From NCBI GenBank assembly GCA_964501035.1, contig CAZCRK010000001.1, forward strand, positions 62,001 through 100,514: DNA of 38,514 nt, in the 5' to 3' direction. The translations under genes and the position numbers were made by a program. Every line of letters begins with the position of its first letter. The first letter of the stretch is position 1. Below, one piece after another: positions 36,518 through 38,514 of the stretch. Below the pieces are notes generated by a model. It was not told the DNA's origin. It ran no database searches and was given only the letters and a program-made list of their open reading frames with translations.

Positions 36518-38407
36518 TTAAATACTCAACTTTTCTAATGGTTTATTATTGCTAAATGTCATAAAAATTGTACGTGTTACAAATACTGCTGTAAACATTG
36601 AACATACAATACCCGTGCTTAAAGTTATGGCAAACCCCTTGATAGGGCCTGACCCCATTCCTGCAAGCACAAATGCAGCAATGAGTGTGGTAATATTTGC
36701 GTCAAAAATTGTGAGGAATGCACGTTCATAACCAGATTCAATAGCAGCTCGAGCTGTTTTCCCATTGGCAAGTTCTTCTCGAATTCGTTCAAAAATAATG
36801 ACATTTGCATCCACAGCCATACCGATAGTCAAAATCAAACCAGCAATACCCGGCAAGGTTAATGTTGCATCAATCCCTGCCAATATAGCAATAACAATGA
36901 TAAGATTTAAGAGCAATGCAATATTTGCTAATATTCCAGATCCTCGATAATAAATCAGCATAAAAATCATCACGCCCAAAAACCCGTACATCATGGCTTT
37001 TCGTCCAGACGTAATAGAATCACTACCTAAAGATGGACCGACTGTACGTTCTTCAATAATATTTACAGGGGCTGGAAGCTCACCAGCTCTCAATACATTT
37101 GCAATATCTTTGGCTTCATTTACATCGGCAAAACCACTAATTTGTGTTCGACCTGTGGGAATTTTATCTTGAATGGATGGTGCCATATACACGTGATTAT
37201 CTAATACAATAGCAACTTGTTTTCCAATATTTGCGCCTGTAAATCGACTCCATTTTCGAGTGCCTTCATTACTCATCGAGAGATTAACTACCCATTGTCC
37301 AGATACATTTGAACCTGTTGAAGCGATAGTTGCTTGTGGGTTTTGTACCATTCCACCGGAAATTTCAGGTCGAGTAGCAATGTAAAACAATAATCGATAT
37401 GTGATAAACGAACCATCATCCACTTGAATAGATTCAAACCTGCTTCCCCACAAGAATTTTCCTTCACGTGGAATTTGTTTTTGTACATCTTCATTTTCTA
37501 ATATTGTTTTTACTGCATCATACTCGTTTTCAATAACACCAAATCCACCTGGTAAAGCTTTGAGATAGCCCGAAAATGGTTTTTCAGATAACACATCATC
37601 AGGAGTCGCAAAGGAATCACTTACATCTTCTAAAATATCTTCTGCTTCAAAAATAGCTTCTAAATCTTCTTCAACCTCACCTTCCGCTTCATTTTGAGAT
37701 TTTTCTTCGGCTACATCTGTTTTGGTTTCGGGGGCATTTACTACTAAGTAATTATCAATTTTTTCAATAGCAGATGTAAACTGTTGTTCATTTAAAACCA
37801 AGTTAAACTCTAGTGATGCTGTTCGTTGAATTAGATTTCTTGCACGTTCAGAATCCTGCACACCTGCAAGTTCAACAATAATTCTATTGGCACCATATTT
37901 TTGGATAGTTGGTTCAGACACTCCAAATTCATCTACACGGTTTCTAATAATTTCCAATGCACTTGCAATTGCGTTATCGCGTTGGGTTTTGAGTGCATCG
38001 ATTACGCTGGCATTATCACGTTGTGTTGCCAAATTTGTGTAGTATTTAATGAGTCGAAGTTCATTTTGATCTGAAAAAGCAAGAAACTCATCAAAGAAAT
38101 TTGTTTGATTCGCAATAGAACTTTCCTCAGCCAACTTAATAACTTCTTTTAACTCATCGGGATGTTTGGATGCAAGTTTTGAGACCAACTCTGGTACATC
38201 TGCTTCAAGTAGAACATACATTCCACCTTGTAAGTCCAACCCTAAGTTTATAGAACTATTTCGTAACTCTTTAAGGTAACTAGAGTCCATTTCTGTTTTT
38301 TTGGTTTCATCCATTGAGTAGTAGGTGTATGTGGGCCAAATCATGTATCCAGCACCCAATAGAACCATAGCAACTATGAACCAACGAAAATTCAAATTTT
38401 TAAACAT
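36518..38407 (-). CDS. secD: Protein translocase subunit SecD
   Basis: LGLDLQGG, RVDEFGVSEP, VGPSLG, GMAVDANVIIFERIRE. Confidence 0.98.
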   Translation of the reverse strand: MFKNLNFRWFIVAMVLLGAGYMIWPTYTYYSMDETKKTEMDSSYLKELRNSSINLGLDLQGGMYVLLEADVPELVSKLASKHPDELKEVIKLAEESSIANQTNFFDEFLAFSDQNELRLIKYYTNLATQRDNASVIDALKTQRDNAIASALEIIRNRVDEFGVSEPTIQKYGANRIIVELAGVQDSERARNLIQRTASLEFNLVLNEQQFTSAIEKIDNYLVVNAPETKTDVAEEKSQNEAEGEVEEDLEAIFEAEDILEDVSDSFATPDDVLSEKPFSGYLKALPGGFGVIENEYDAVKTILENEDVQKQIPREGKFLWGSRFESIQVDDGSFITYRLLFYIATRPEISGGMVQNPQATIASTGSNVSGQWVVNLSMSNEGTRKWSRFTGANIGKQVAIVLDNHVYMAPSIQDKIPTGRTQISGFADVNEAKDIANVLRAGELPAPVNIIEERTVGPSLGSDSITSGRKAMMYGFLGVMIFMLIYYRGSGILANIALLLNLIIVIAILAGIDATLTLPGIAGLILTIGMAVDANVIIFERIREELANGKTARAAIESGYERAFLTIFDANITTLIAAFVLAGMGSGPIKGFAITLSTGIVCSMFTAVFVTRTIFMTFSNNKPLEKLSI

Positions 38408-38514
38408 ATATTTTCCTAATTTTGATATTAATATGAAGGTAAATTGTTAAAATAATCCCCTTCAAAACCTAGAAATTTAAGGGTATGTCTTGACCGCTTC
38501 AAACAATTAGTTTA

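Noticed and set aside
1..38514. tRNA, rRNA, IS/transposase, prophage, CRISPR
   Set aside because: None recognised by eye; intergenic gaps are short and largely explained. A tRNAscan/Rfam run would be needed to exclude small RNAs formally.

Overview
AT-rich bacterial chromosomal segment. Gene content (dockerin and FlgD/T9SS-tail proteins, a PorV/PorQ-like gene, a PD40-Omp85 protein) suggests an FCB-group marine lineage such as Ca. Marinimicrobia; this is inference only. In order: ligA 3' end; PaaI thioesterase; a sulfur-carrier cysteine operon (cysM, JAB/Mec peptidase, a CysO/MoaD-MoeB-rhodanese fusion, DUF4395); four secreted dockerin proteins (one with a cohesin-like domain and sorting tail, one with a Kunitz domain, one metallopeptidase); TauE; asnB; PorV-like, peptidase, priA, rnhA; aceBA divergent from an XRE/RamB-like regulator and an alanine-glyoxylate aminotransferase; GNATs, DoxX, a nucleoside kinase; a DUF1761 pseudogene; an Omp85 protein; an esterase; ogt, purA, secF, secD. 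The most notable signals are absent from the ORF track: two apparent ribosome-mediated transcription attenuators, one with a poly-Cys leader peptide (1221-1328) before the cysteine operon and one with an Asn-rich leader peptide (14950-14879) before asnB, each with a terminator and an alternative pairing. There is also a candidate ECF-sigma-driven anti-SD sRNA (about 4660-4733). No tRNA, rRNA, CRISPR array or mobile element was recognised.
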